Shown piece after piece: positions 9,141-19,200 of a stretch of DNA of 64,000 bases. This stretch comes from a bacterium (GTDB lineage Bacteria > Bacillota_I > Bacilli_A > RFN20 > CAG-826), in assembly GCA_963622135.1 (NCBI GenBank), contig CAVFGR010000002.1, positions 4,752 through 68,751 of the forward strand, read 5' to 3'. A model generated the notes under the pieces. It was given only the letters and a program-made list of their open reading frames with translations. It had not been told where the DNA came from and did not search any database. Position 1 is the first letter of the stretch. The number at the start of each line of letters is the position of its first letter. The translations under genes and the position numbers were made by a program.

Positions 9141-10222
9141 TACTTTTGGCTCTCCTCAAGCAGTCTTTGTTCTTGGTCGAAATGGATTAAGGCATCGATA
9201 ACATCATCGAGTTTGCCTTCCATTATGCGATCCAAGGTGTTGGTGGTGAAGCCGATTCGATGATCGGTGACACGATTTTGTGGGTAGTTATAGGTGCGGA
9301 TCTTTTCCGAACGTTCGCCGGTGCCTACTTTAAGTTTTCTTTCAGAAGCACGGGCGGAATCTTCTTTCTCTTGATAATAAGCTTGGACTTTCGCGCGAAT
9401 CATTCTCATACAGATATCTTTGTTCTGTAATTGAGCTTTCTCAGTTTGGCAAGAAACGACAATTCCCGTAGGGATATGAGTGACACGAACGGCAGATTCA
9501 GTCTTATTGACGTTCTGGCCACCGGCGCCTTGAGATCGGTAAGTATCAACCTTTAGATCGGCTGGATTAATTTTAACATCGATTTCTTCGGCCTCAGGCA
9601 TAACCAATACGGTCGCAGTCGAGGTGTGGATACGGCCAGAAGCCTCGGTCTTCGGAACGCGTTGGACACGATGGGCGCCAGATTCGAATTTAAGCTTGGA
9701 ATAAACATTCTCGCCTTTGACCATAAACGAAACATATGAATATCCGCCGGCAGTGCCTTCTTCTCCGTCCAAAAATTGGACTTTCCAGCCTTGTTCTTCG
9801 GCGTAACGTTGATACATGCGAAGCAAATCGCCGGCGAAGATATTGGCTTCGTCGCCACCAACCGCGCCCCTGATTTCAACAATGATGTTTTTAGAATCGT
9901 TAGGATCTTGAGGCAAAAGAAGGGTTTTGAAATTGATTTCGAGTTCTTCTAGCTTTTTTTCGTCTTCCTTACGTTGCTCTCTGGCAAATTCTTCCAGTTC
10001 GGCATCGCCTGAATTAATCATCTCAATCGCGTCTTTTACTTCTTGCTCGAGTTTCAAGTAAGTTTCATACGCCTCATAAGCCGCACGAAGGGAGGCTTGT
10101 TCTTTGTTTAGCTCAGTCAGAACACGAATATCAGAAGAAAAATCGCCTTCAGAGAGCTGATGCTCAATTTCTTCGTATCTGGTTTTTGTGGCATTCAGCC
10201 TCTTTCTCATGCTTTCTTCCAT
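9140..10222 (-). CDS. prfA: Peptide chain release factor 1
   Basis: GGQ (QGAGGQNVNK) and the RF1 PxT tripeptide region (RVPKTEASGRIHTS). GGAGAAA Shine-Dalgarno upstream. Confidence 0.95.
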   Translation of the reverse strand: MEESMRKRLNATKTRYEEIEHQLSEGDFSSDIRVLTELNKEQASLRAAYEAYETYLKLEQEVKDAIEMINSGDAELEEFAREQRKEDEKKLEELEINFKTLLLPQDPNDSKNIIVEIRGAVGGDEANIFAGDLLRMYQRYAEEQGWKVQFLDGEEGTAGGYSYVSFMVKGENVYSKLKFESGAHRVQRVPKTEASGRIHTSTATVLVMPEAEEIDVKINPADLKVDTYRSQGAGGQNVNKTESAVRVTHIPTGIVVSCQTEKAQLQNKDICMRMIRAKVQAYYQEKEDSARASERKLKVGTGERSEKIRTYNYPQNRVTDHRIGFTTNTLDRIMEGKLDDVIDALIHFDQEQRLLEESQK

Positions 10223-10246
10223 AAATGTTTCTCCGATTGCTGCTAG

Positions 10247-10255
10247 ATTATATCA
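10247..10255 (-). promoter_or_regulatory. Extended -10 promoter element TGATATAAT for prfA operon
   Basis: The minus strand reads gTGATATAATctagcagcaatcGGAGAAAcatttATG, giving a leader of about 24 nt with an SD. Confidence 0.55.
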
Positions 10256-10278
10256 CGATGATTGACTATCGCCACATG

Positions 10279-10294
10279 TTCTCACTAGTGAGAA
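10279..10294. promoter_or_regulatory. Perfect 16-bp palindrome TTCTCACTAGTGAGAA in the prfA/dnaX divergent intergenic region
   Basis: Read directly. It sits about 15 nt upstream of a TATAAT at 10309..10314. Candidate operator. Confidence 0.35.
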
Positions 10295-10324
10295 TTAACG
10301 ATAATCGGTATAATGAACGGAGTT

Positions 10325-12043
10325 ATGTCATATCGATCCTTATATCTTACATATCGCCCGCAGACTTTTGACCAAGTCGCCGGGCAGAAAACCATCGTCC
10401 GTACTTTGCAGAACGCCTTAAAGAACGACAAAATCGGTCATTCGTATCTTTTCACCGGACCACGAGGCACCGGCAAAACATCAATGGCCCGCCTTTTTGC
10501 CAAGGCCATCAACTGCGAGGAAGGCATCGGACACCAATGCTGCCATTGCTCCAATTGCATTGCCATCGCCGAATCCACCCATCCTGACGTTGTCGAAATC
10601 GACGCTGCCTCAAATAATGGCGTCGAACAAGTAAGAGATCTCATCGACCGAATCAAATACGCTCCGATCAAAGGACGCATGAAAATCTACATCATCGACG
10701 AAGTTCACATGATGAGCGCCGGTGCTTTCAATGCCTTATTAAAGACTTTGGAAGAACCACCAGATAATGTTGTTTTCATCCTTTGCACCACCGAACCCCA
10801 AAAGGTTCTCCCGACCATCGTTTCGAGATGTCAAAGATACGACTTCTCAAAGGTTGGCGAAGAGGATATGAGAAACAAATTAATCGAGGTCCTCAACGAA
10901 GAGAAATCTTCTTATGAAGAAGCCGGAATCGATGAAATCATCGGTCTTTCGGATGGTGGTATGCGTGACGCATTATCCATTCTCGATCAAGTTCTCGCTT
11001 ATAGCGACAATTCTTTGTATCAAAAGGACGTCCTTGAACTTTTTGGCTTAGCTTCCACCGATGAAAAGTTAAGCATAATCGAAGACATCGAAACGCATGA
11101 TGTTTCTTCCTTGAAACGTCGTTTCGACTCCTATGCCTCGGGCGGAGTTGATCTTAAAAAATTGGCCGCTGATTTAATTGTGTTAGGCAAAGACGGGTTG
11201 ATTTATGCCGTAACCAAAGACATTTCGTTAATAAAATCCATGAATGCGGAGCAAGTGAAAAGGCTTTTGGATTTAGCCCCTCTTTCCGAATTAAAGAGAA
11301 TCACCTATTCGTTGGTTTCTCTCCAAAACGATTTCAGGCTCACTTCCGATATTCGTTCATTGTTCGAACTTAGATTGTTGTCCTTGGCCACCGATATCTC
11401 GGAAGATAAGCCAGTCGTTGAGAAGGCGCCAATAACGACGATTAAGAAAGAAGAGGCAAAACCTATCGAGAAGCCTAAAGCCGCCGTTCCTTCATTCCTT
11501 TTGGAAGAAGACGAGCCGCTGTTCCCGGAAGATAAGAAACCCGAAGCCAAAAAAGAACAGCCAGAAGAGCCCAAAGAAGAGCCAAAACCGATCCTTGATG
11601 CCTCAAAAATCAGCAAGCTCAACATCGCCACTTCAGGAGACAAATATCACCTAGACGAGGAAACCATTTTCAAAATCCAGCTCTTGGCCGACAAACTCGA
11701 AAGACAACGTTTAGTAGAAAGTTGGGGTCAGCTGACCAAGCTCAAATCCGACCCAAATCTCGGCAACTTGGCAACCCTTCTTAGCCAGGGAAATCCATTC
11801 TGTTTATGCAAGCAAGCCTTGATTTTAGCCTTTAGTTTCACTTCCTTGAAAGATAAGGCAAACATCAAAGAAAACCAAAAGCCAATTCAAGAATTGGTTG
11901 CCCAATTGCTAGGGAGAACGGTGTTTGTTTACGGAATAGATGCCAACGAAAGAGTCAACAGCATCAACTATTATTCCAACAAAGTCAGATTGAACAAATC
12001 ACCAAACAAAAAAGACATCGTCATTGATTTACCAACAGATTAA
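10325..12043 (+). CDS. dnaX: DNA polymerase III subunit tau (gamma/tau)
   Basis: MSYRSLYLTYRPQTFDQVAGQ, Walker A GPRGTGKTS, and a Cys4 zinc module. The ORF track starts at 10313, but that ATG lies inside TATAAT 10309..10314. ATG 10325 gives the canonical N-terminus. Confidence 0.9.
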   Translation: MSYRSLYLTYRPQTFDQVAGQKTIVRTLQNALKNDKIGHSYLFTGPRGTGKTSMARLFAKAINCEEGIGHQCCHCSNCIAIAESTHPDVVEIDAASNNGVEQVRDLIDRIKYAPIKGRMKIYIIDEVHMMSAGAFNALLKTLEEPPDNVVFILCTTEPQKVLPTIVSRCQRYDFSKVGEEDMRNKLIEVLNEEKSSYEEAGIDEIIGLSDGGMRDALSILDQVLAYSDNSLYQKDVLELFGLASTDEKLSIIEDIETHDVSSLKRRFDSYASGGVDLKKLAADLIVLGKDGLIYAVTKDISLIKSMNAEQVKRLLDLAPLSELKRITYSLVSLQNDFRLTSDIRSLFELRLLSLATDISEDKPVVEKAPITTIKKEEAKPIEKPKAAVPSFLLEEDEPLFPEDKKPEAKKEQPEEPKEEPKPILDASKISKLNIATSGDKYHLDEETIFKIQLLADKLERQRLVESWGQLTKLKSDPNLGNLATLLSQGNPFCLCKQALILAFSFTSLKDKANIKENQKPIQELVAQLLGRTVFVYGIDANERVNSINYYSNKVRLNKSPNKKDIVIDLPTD

Positions 12044-12054
12044 AGGAGACGTTT

Positions 12055-12360
12055 ATGAACCAAATGCAAAACATGCTCGCGCAGGCCCAAAGAATGCAGC
12101 GCGAATTAGCCAAAGCCCAAGCCGCTTTAGCGGAAACCGAATTCAAGATCAGCAAAGCCGGTATCGTTGAAGTGGTCCTTATGGGAGATAAATCCGTCAA
12201 ATCCATCAACATCGATAAGGATGCCTTAGATCCAGAGAACAAGGATATGATTGAGGAGACAATCATCATGGCCATCAACGAAGGCTTGGCCAAAATCGCC
12301 GATGAGGAAGCCAAACTTCAAGAGAAAATCACCGGCATGCGCGGAGGATTGCCTTTCTAA
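12055..12360 (+). CDS. ybaB: YbaB/EbfC family nucleoid-associated protein
   Basis: 101 aa (MNQMQNMLAQAQRMQREL...GMRGGLPF) in the conserved position between dnaX and recR. AAAGGAG Shine-Dalgarno. Confidence 0.9.
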   Translation: MNQMQNMLAQAQRMQRELAKAQAALAETEFKISKAGIVEVVLMGDKSVKSINIDKDALDPENKDMIEETIIMAINEGLAKIADEEAKLQEKITGMRGGLPF

Positions 12361-12956
12361 TGAAAGAGCTCCCGTCGATCATTGCCTTAACGGAAAGCTT
12401 TGCTAAGCTTCCGGGCGTCGGGGTCAAAACAGCCGAAAGAATGGCTTATGCCGTTCTTAATATGGATAAGGATGACCGCGCGATGTTTTCGAAATCCATC
12501 GATAACGTTGGAGATAAGGTCCATCGTTGCCCAATTTGTGGTCTATACACAGAGGACGATGAATGCGAAATCTGTTCCTCGGATAGCAGGGATCGTTCCA
12601 TTCTCTGCGTTATCGCCGAACCGAAAGATGCGTATGCCATCGAAAAAACCCAAAGTTATTTTGGCTTATATCATGTCCTCGGCGGACTTATTAACGCCAG
12701 CCGAGGGATTGGACCTAACGACATCGCTTTGGATTCCCTCTTAGAAAGAGTCCGCAACGGCAATATCAAAGAAGTCATCATCGCCACTTCGGCCACCATC
12801 GAAGGGCAAACAACCGCTTTATTCATTGCAAAAATATTAGAACCACTCAATGTTTCGGTAACTCGTTTGGCCACCGGCCTACCAGCTGGAGGATCGCTCG
12901 ACTATGCCGACTCTCTCACTTTGACGAGAGCCTTTGAGGGGAGGAAAAAATTATGA
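12360..12956 (+). CDS. recR: Recombination protein RecR
   Basis: HhH N-terminus, Cys4 finger CPICGLYTEDDECEIC, and Toprim region. TAATG overlap with ybaB. Confidence 0.95.
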   Translation: MKELPSIIALTESFAKLPGVGVKTAERMAYAVLNMDKDDRAMFSKSIDNVGDKVHRCPICGLYTEDDECEICSSDSRDRSILCVIAEPKDAYAIEKTQSYFGLYHVLGGLINASRGIGPNDIALDSLLERVRNGNIKEVIIATSATIEGQTTALFIAKILEPLNVSVTRLATGLPAGGSLDYADSLTLTRAFEGRKKL

Positions 12957-13576
12957 GTTTATTCGTCACTTTCGAAGGCGGGGAAGGATCCGGGAAATCC
13001 ACCGCGATCAAATCGCTCGTCGATAAATTGCAAAAAGAAGGATATGAGATCGTTTTGACTAGGGAACCTGGCGGAACGCCGATATCCGAACAAATCAGAG
13101 ATGTCATCCTCAATAAAGAAAACACCGCGATGGACCCTGTGACCGAGGCTCTTTTGTATGCCGCCTCCAGACGACAACACGTCGAAGAGAAGGTCCGTCC
13201 CGCTCTAAGGGAAGGCAAAATCGTCCTTTGCGATAGATTCCTTGATTCCTCTTTGGCTTATCAGGGAGGCGCTAGAGGTTTGGGAATGGATTTGATTTTG
13301 AAAATCAATGAGCCTGCCATCAACGGCCTTTGGCCTGACGTAACCATCTTCTTCGATTTAAAGCCTGAGGTTGGTTTAGCCAGAATCAACGCCAATTCGA
13401 ACAGGGAGGTCAACCGTTTGGATGTCGAGAAGATGGAATTCCATCAAAAAGTCAGAGCTTCCTTTTTGGAGTTAGCCGAACGTTATCCGGATCGTTATGT
13501 CATCATCGATGCCTCCAAAACTCCGGAAGAAGTTGCCGAAGAGGCTTATGACGCACTCAAAGCGAAACTAAAATAA
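12953..13576 (+). CDS. tmk: Thymidylate kinase
   Basis: P-loop FEGGEGSGKST and the DRF/LID region. ATGA overlap with recR. Confidence 0.95.
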   Translation: MSLFVTFEGGEGSGKSTAIKSLVDKLQKEGYEIVLTREPGGTPISEQIRDVILNKENTAMDPVTEALLYAASRRQHVEEKVRPALREGKIVLCDRFLDSSLAYQGGARGLGMDLILKINEPAINGLWPDVTIFFDLKPEVGLARINANSNREVNRLDVEKMEFHQKVRASFLELAERYPDRYVIIDASKTPEEVAEEAYDALKAKLK

Positions 13577-14563
13577 ATGGAAATCGAGAAATACCTAAAA
13601 GAATATCAGCCAGTCTGCTACCGCGTGTTTGGAAACTCTTTGCAAGAAGGGAGGCTCAGCCATGCGTATTTGCTCGCTGGCGAAAAAGGCGTTCCAATCA
13701 AGGAAATCGCCGTCTTTTTGGCTAAATCGATAGTCTGCGATCATCCAAACCCTTTGGCAGATGAAACCTGTACGAGCTGTAAAAGAATCGAAGAGGGCAC
13801 CTACACCGATTTGATAATCCTAGATGGAGAGGAAGGCGAAATAAAAAAGGGCGAAATTGTTGACCTTACCGAATCATTTTCCAAAACATCCATGGAATCA
13901 AAAGGCGTGATGATTTATATCATCAATTTGGCCGAAACCATGAATGATGCCGCCACCAACTCTCTCCTCAAATTCTTGGAAGAGCCTCTGCCTGGAACTT
14001 ACGCCATTTTAACGACAAACAATTCATCGAAAATCCTTCCGACTATCCTTTCTAGATGTGAAGTGATCCGTTTGGATGCGATGCCTCACGAAAAAATACT
14101 CGAGGGCTGCAAAGAACTTGGTTTAGATGAAAAGAAATCGGAACTCTTGTCTTTTTTCTATGGTGTGCCAGAACTCATCCAGACTAAATTGAGCGAGGAA
14201 GATGCCGATGAGATCCCCAATTTATTCGAAAAGGTCTGCGCAGCTCTGAATTCCAAGCCCGGCAAAACTCGTTTCGTGTTCCAGCAAGAGATCGTTCCTG
14301 CCTGGAACAATAAGCAAAAAGCCGAAACGCTCATCGATTTATTAATCGTCATCTATCGCGAGTTGCTCAATTTGTCTTATAACATCGAAACAAATTTGCC
14401 TAGCTATCAGGATCTTCTTAAACCGCTGGTCAGCAGTTCGGAAAAGCTATCAAAACAATTAGATTTCCTGCTCAAAGCGAAATCTGAATTAGCGACAAAT
14501 ATCAACGTTCCGTTATTGTTAGACCATATCATCATCACCCTAACCAAGGAGGAAAACTTATGA
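13577..14563 (+). CDS. holB: DNA polymerase III subunit delta prime
   Basis: 328 aa with an AAA+-like fold (HAYLLAGEKG, zinc-module cysteines, SRC motif ILSRCEVI). Bacillus-like synteny tmk-holB-yaaT. Confidence 0.85.
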   Translation: MEIEKYLKEYQPVCYRVFGNSLQEGRLSHAYLLAGEKGVPIKEIAVFLAKSIVCDHPNPLADETCTSCKRIEEGTYTDLIILDGEEGEIKKGEIVDLTESFSKTSMESKGVMIYIINLAETMNDAATNSLLKFLEEPLPGTYAILTTNNSSKILPTILSRCEVIRLDAMPHEKILEGCKELGLDEKKSELLSFFYGVPELIQTKLSEEDADEIPNLFEKVCAALNSKPGKTRFVFQQEIVPAWNNKQKAETLIDLLIVIYRELLNLSYNIETNLPSYQDLLKPLVSSSEKLSKQLDFLLKAKSELATNINVPLLLDHIIITLTKEENL

Positions 14564-15408
14564 ACGAATATACCCACTTTGTGGCCATACATTTTGAAGG
14601 AAATGCGAAATCCTATTATTTCGCCACCAATATCGCGGACTTGAGACCGGGAGAATTTGTCATCGTTGATTCTTTGGGCGGATATGAAATGGCTATTGTC
14701 ACCTCGGTCCCTCAGATCATGAGCGACTATCATTCATCCTTGAGCTTAAAGCCGGTTATCCGTCGTCCTTCTGACGCCGATGTCTCCGTTTACAGATATA
14801 ACAACGAACAAGCCAAAGTCGCTTTGGAAATCACCCATAACGAAGTTGAACGCATGGGCCTCCAAATGAATCTTTTGGATGCGAAATATTCATTAGATGG
14901 ATCAAAGATCACCATCACCTATACGGCCGACAACCGCGTTGACTTTAGAGAGCTTCTCAAGGTTTTGGCCCCTCAGCTTCATTGCCGTATCGAACTTAGA
15001 CAAATCGCCCCAAGAGATAAGGCCAAGTTGATTGGCGGCATCGGAACCTGTGGGTTGCCCCTTTGCTGCAACACTTTCTTAAACGAATTTGACGGCATCG
15101 CCATCTCTAGAGCGAAGAATCAAATGCTTACCTTGAATATTCCTAAGCTTTCAGGTCCTTGCGGAAAGTTGATTTGTTGCCTTCTTTATGAGGATGAGAT
15201 GTATACGGAAGCTAAGAAAAATTTCCCGAATATCGGCGTCCATGTCATTTATGAAGGATATGAATACACCGTAACTGGCTTAAACATCCTTAATAACACC
15301 GTAAAACTTGAAAACCCATTGACCATCAAGAACATTCCATTGGACGAATTCAACAAATTAAAGATCGTCGCCAAGGAGAAAGAAGATGAGCCTAAAGAGA
15401 GAAAATAA
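14560..15408 (+). CDS. ricT: PSP1-domain protein RicT/YaaT
   Basis: PSP1 core with Cys clusters (GTCGLPLCCNTF, GPCGKLICCLLYE). ATGA overlap with holB. Confidence 0.85.
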   Translation: MNEYTHFVAIHFEGNAKSYYFATNIADLRPGEFVIVDSLGGYEMAIVTSVPQIMSDYHSSLSLKPVIRRPSDADVSVYRYNNEQAKVALEITHNEVERMGLQMNLLDAKYSLDGSKITITYTADNRVDFRELLKVLAPQLHCRIELRQIAPRDKAKLIGGIGTCGLPLCCNTFLNEFDGIAISRAKNQMLTLNIPKLSGPCGKLICCLLYEDEMYTEAKKNFPNIGVHVIYEGYEYTVTGLNILNNTVKLENPLTIKNIPLDEFNKLKIVAKEKEDEPKERK

Positions 15409-16243
15409 CTACGAAGGCCATTCGCCCCTTCTTTATATGGTCGCCACCCCGATCGGCAATGTGGAGGAGTTCTCTCCAAGGGCTTTGAACGTCCTTAGAG
15501 ACATGGATTATATCGCTTGCGAAGACACTAGAAACTCTGGGGCGTTGTTTGCTAAATTCGATATCAAAAAGCCATTGATTTCTTGCAGGGAATTCAACGA
15601 AAACGAAAAGGCCGACGAAATCATCTCCCTTCTAAAAGAAGGGAAAAAGGTCGCTTACGTTTCTGACGCCGGCTATCCAGGGATTTCGGACCCTGGACAA
15701 AGGTTGGTTCAGAAAGCCATTGAGTCAGGCATTAAAATTGCCGTCATCAACGGACCTAATGCCGGATTGTGTGCCCTTGTGGCCTCCGGATTGGATACTA
15801 CCCATTTCACTTTCGAAGGCTTCTTGCCCGCTAAAGAATCCGCCGCCATCAAACGCTTGAACGAACTTAAAGAATGGCCACACACTTTAATTTTCTATGA
15901 GGCCCCTCACCGAATCGGTAGAACATTGATGTTGTTTAAGGACGCCTTTGGCGGAGATCGAAAAGCTTGTATCGGCAGAGAATTGACCAAACTCCACGAA
16001 GAGTTCATCCGCGGGACTTTGGATGAATTGTGCGACATTGATCCTGAAACATTGAGAGGCGAGATGGTTATCTGCATTGAAGGCAAGACGCTGACTGAAG
16101 AGATAACCGATGACGACATTGAAGAATCTTTGAAAGAAGCCTTAATAAGCCTTTCTCCAAAAGAGGCCGTAAAAGAAGTCGCTAAAAATAGCAAAACGGG
16201 CAAAAACCGCGTTTACGCTATATATTTGGAACGATTCAAATAA
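15386..16243 (+). CDS. rsmI: 16S rRNA (cytidine1402-2'-O)-methyltransferase
   Basis: LYMVATPIGNVEEFSPRAL and the tetrapyrrole-methylase-like fold. The 3' end overlaps the convergent yfhO-like gene by 8 nt. Confidence 0.9.
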   Translation: MSLKRENNYEGHSPLLYMVATPIGNVEEFSPRALNVLRDMDYIACEDTRNSGALFAKFDIKKPLISCREFNENEKADEIISLLKEGKKVAYVSDAGYPGISDPGQRLVQKAIESGIKIAVINGPNAGLCALVASGLDTTHFTFEGFLPAKESAAIKRLNELKEWPHTLIFYEAPHRIGRTLMLFKDAFGGDRKACIGRELTKLHEEFIRGTLDELCDIDPETLRGEMVICIEGKTLTEEITDDDIEESLKEALISLSPKEAVKEVAKNSKTGKNRVYAIYLERFK

Positions 16244-19200
16244 TTTCTTTTCTGCGTTTTCTTAATCTGACGGCAAATAAGGTTATTTCGTAACCAAAGA
16301 ATATAACCCCGGCGGCTGCGCTTAAGGCAATGCCGCCTTTTACATATGGGGTCACATAGGTGAGTTCATACTCGATTTCGCCTTCTGGGGCAAAGAAGCC
16401 AACAAACCCGCCGTTCATCTTGCTAGTGGGTAGTTCAGTTTCGATGTATTCACCAGAAGCACCTTTCGTCCTAGCGACAACCTTCCAGCCGGCATCGTAA
16501 CCAAGGGTTGTGACGACCGCTTTAGACTTGCTGAAGTTAGATTTGGCCCTAAAATGATCGGAATTGATGTATTCCACATCGGTGAGCAAGTGATCAGAAT
16601 CGGTTAACGAGGCGTATTTTGCATCGAAATCGCACTTTTCTTGAACCAAAAGGAACGGGGTTGGAGATACGCCAGACTCTCCGTTTTTCTTTGAGAAGAC
16701 GATTTGTCTGACCCTTCCTTCCGCATAGATTCCAAATAGGCCGGAATAGCTTCCGGAAATCTGGCTATTAACATTATCGAAAGCGTGGTACTCGTAATTG
16801 AGGATGGTGTTTTGTTTCTTGATGGTTCCGTCTTCGTTGAAAGTGTCGCCGATCATATAAATGCGGGAAATGTTCTTATTATCGTAAGCCATCAAGAAAT
16901 AAGCCCCGTTCGGATCTTCGTTCATATATGGATCGCCGCTTCCTAATGACCACACTAACTTGCCATCGTTTAGAGGACCGGAATTATAGTATGTGCCATT
17001 GAAGCTTTCGCCAGAATAAGGGCTATGGTAAGAAGATTCATAAACGTTGTAGGAAGAATCAACCAAGAATGCGCCCGGATCTTTGTAATTAAAGCCGTAT
17101 CCCGGCACGTTTTCGAAGACGCGAGACCTCAATGAAGAAGTCAGGTTCTTAAATGGCACGCCGGAGAAAGACGGCGTAGTTAGTACATCTATACCCTCTG
17201 GGATGATGGCATCGTCCTTAACAATCGCTCCATTAAAATAAGCCTCTTCGTTGGTAACGATTTCCTGGTAACCGGAAACGCCATAACGAGCGCGGTAGAA
17301 ATCGGAGTGGTTGAGGTGATTGGTGTCGATCGTTCCGTCATCTAAATATTTGTCGACGGCGTTTTCCTTAAACACTCCGTCAACCGCACGGCCGAGTTCA
17401 ATATGGTAAGGATTCTCGTAAATCCTGAACTTATCATTCTTGAAAACGCACTTCGATCCAAATGGGACATTGTATTTGAAATCATCGTTGTCCCAAAGGT
17501 CGCCCATGCCGGTATCCTCATAGACGATTGCGTAATATTTGATGCCAGTGTTCAAATCAAATGAAAAACGTTTGTTGTTGTAATATCCGGACCAACGGGA
17601 GGAAACGTTTTTCTTGCCGTATGGAGTTCCGTTTGAATATTCATTCTCGATAACGTGGGAGTAATGACTGAAATCCAAGACGGAATAATTGAATAACGAC
17701 GACCATGGCGTCGTCCCGTTATAACCCATCGCATAGTTCATGTTCTTTTGGGCAGGATAATCGGCGTAGGCGCGATATAAAGTGTCGGTGTCGTATTCTT
17801 TTGTCACATATTGGAAGGCTTCCGTTAATTGGGTCGCGGTCGTCGTGGAGTATTTCTTGTTATCGTAACCGCCATTGAAATATTTCCCATAGTTATAAGA
17901 CGAGCCATACAAGAAAGAGATGTTCCCGCAGACAACGATTTCAACCGCCACAAAGGCCGTCATCAAATTCTTGAAGCACTTCCTGTTATTGGTGAAATAG
18001 ATGACAACGGACTCCACGACAACCAAGCACATCTGATAAATAGATAGCCATAGGGTCGTATATTTGTCGCCGTTCCGCGTAACATAAGCCGGAATGTTGT
18101 AGGTCTTTTGCCAATACGTCATGTAATTGGTGTTTTCGAACGTCTTATCTTGCAAGACCCATTTGACCATGAAGAAAGTGAGCAACGTAGCGACCGCCAC
18201 GATTGAAGAAGCCACAGGCAACTGCCATTTAGGCGCTTCTTTGCGATGATCCATTCCACGGCAGGCTTGTCTTATCAGCAACGGAATCAAAATGATGTAC
18301 CATCTTCCATAGCCATCGCCCGTAAAGGCAAAGCTGAAGAAATAGGCAAAGATGGTAAGAACGCAATAGGAACAAAGGACGAATGAGATTATATGCTCCC
18401 AATCTCTCTTTCTGACGTTGTTGATCAGTTCATAAACGAAGAAGATGATCATCGGGGTATAGATAAACAAGGAAGACGTCCATGCGTCATACCCTGTTGA
18501 GGCCCCTCCTCCATAAAGAGGCAGCCACAAATAGTTGCAGGTCGGATAAAAGAAGGAGACGATGCCCATTATCTCTCTGCCAGGGTGATCGCCGACCATC
18601 TCAAACAAACGAGCAAAGACTCGCTTAACGTCAAATGTCTTGAAAGCGTTCAATAGGTCTTGGAGATAAAGATAAGCGATAGATTGTCCGCGACCCGATA
18701 AAGCGGATTGCCTGATAGAAGGTAGCAAAGACCACGAACATAACATCAAACCCAGAATAAAGCTAGCGACGCCCAAGCCTAAAACGGCCCAGGAATCTTT
18801 CGCTTTCCTTTGCTTGATGGTCCAGAAGAACCTCCAAAGCGAATAAATCACGCCCCAGACGCACATGACGACAAGGAAGAAGAACGAAACAATGCCTAGC
18901 AACGCCAGCGACCAGACCAGCGTCGCAATTTTCTTCTCTTTTATAACTTTCTCGATCCCTAAAAGGATGATTGGAATAAAGACAACCGCCGACACGAACG
19001 ACGGAAAGCCAACGAAGAAATTGACGAAGCCCGAAAACGCATAGGCTAACGCACCAATTCTCGAAGTTGATTCCCTAACGCCCATGTACTTCAGGTAGGC
19101 GCGCATCCCAAAAGCTGCGCAGGTTGCCTTTAAGACCGTGAAAATAGCGGTCATTTGCGGAACCCAGCTGCGCGGGAATAAAACGTTTAAGAAAACAAAT

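Noticed and set aside
11546-11557. A-run GCC AAA AAA GAA in dnaX as a possible -1 frameshift site producing gamma
   Set aside because: The heptamer is C AAA AAA, not the A AAA AAG slippery site. The -1 frame stays open for about 35 codons rather than terminating promptly, and no downstream stem-loop is evident. Firmicutes generally make only tau.
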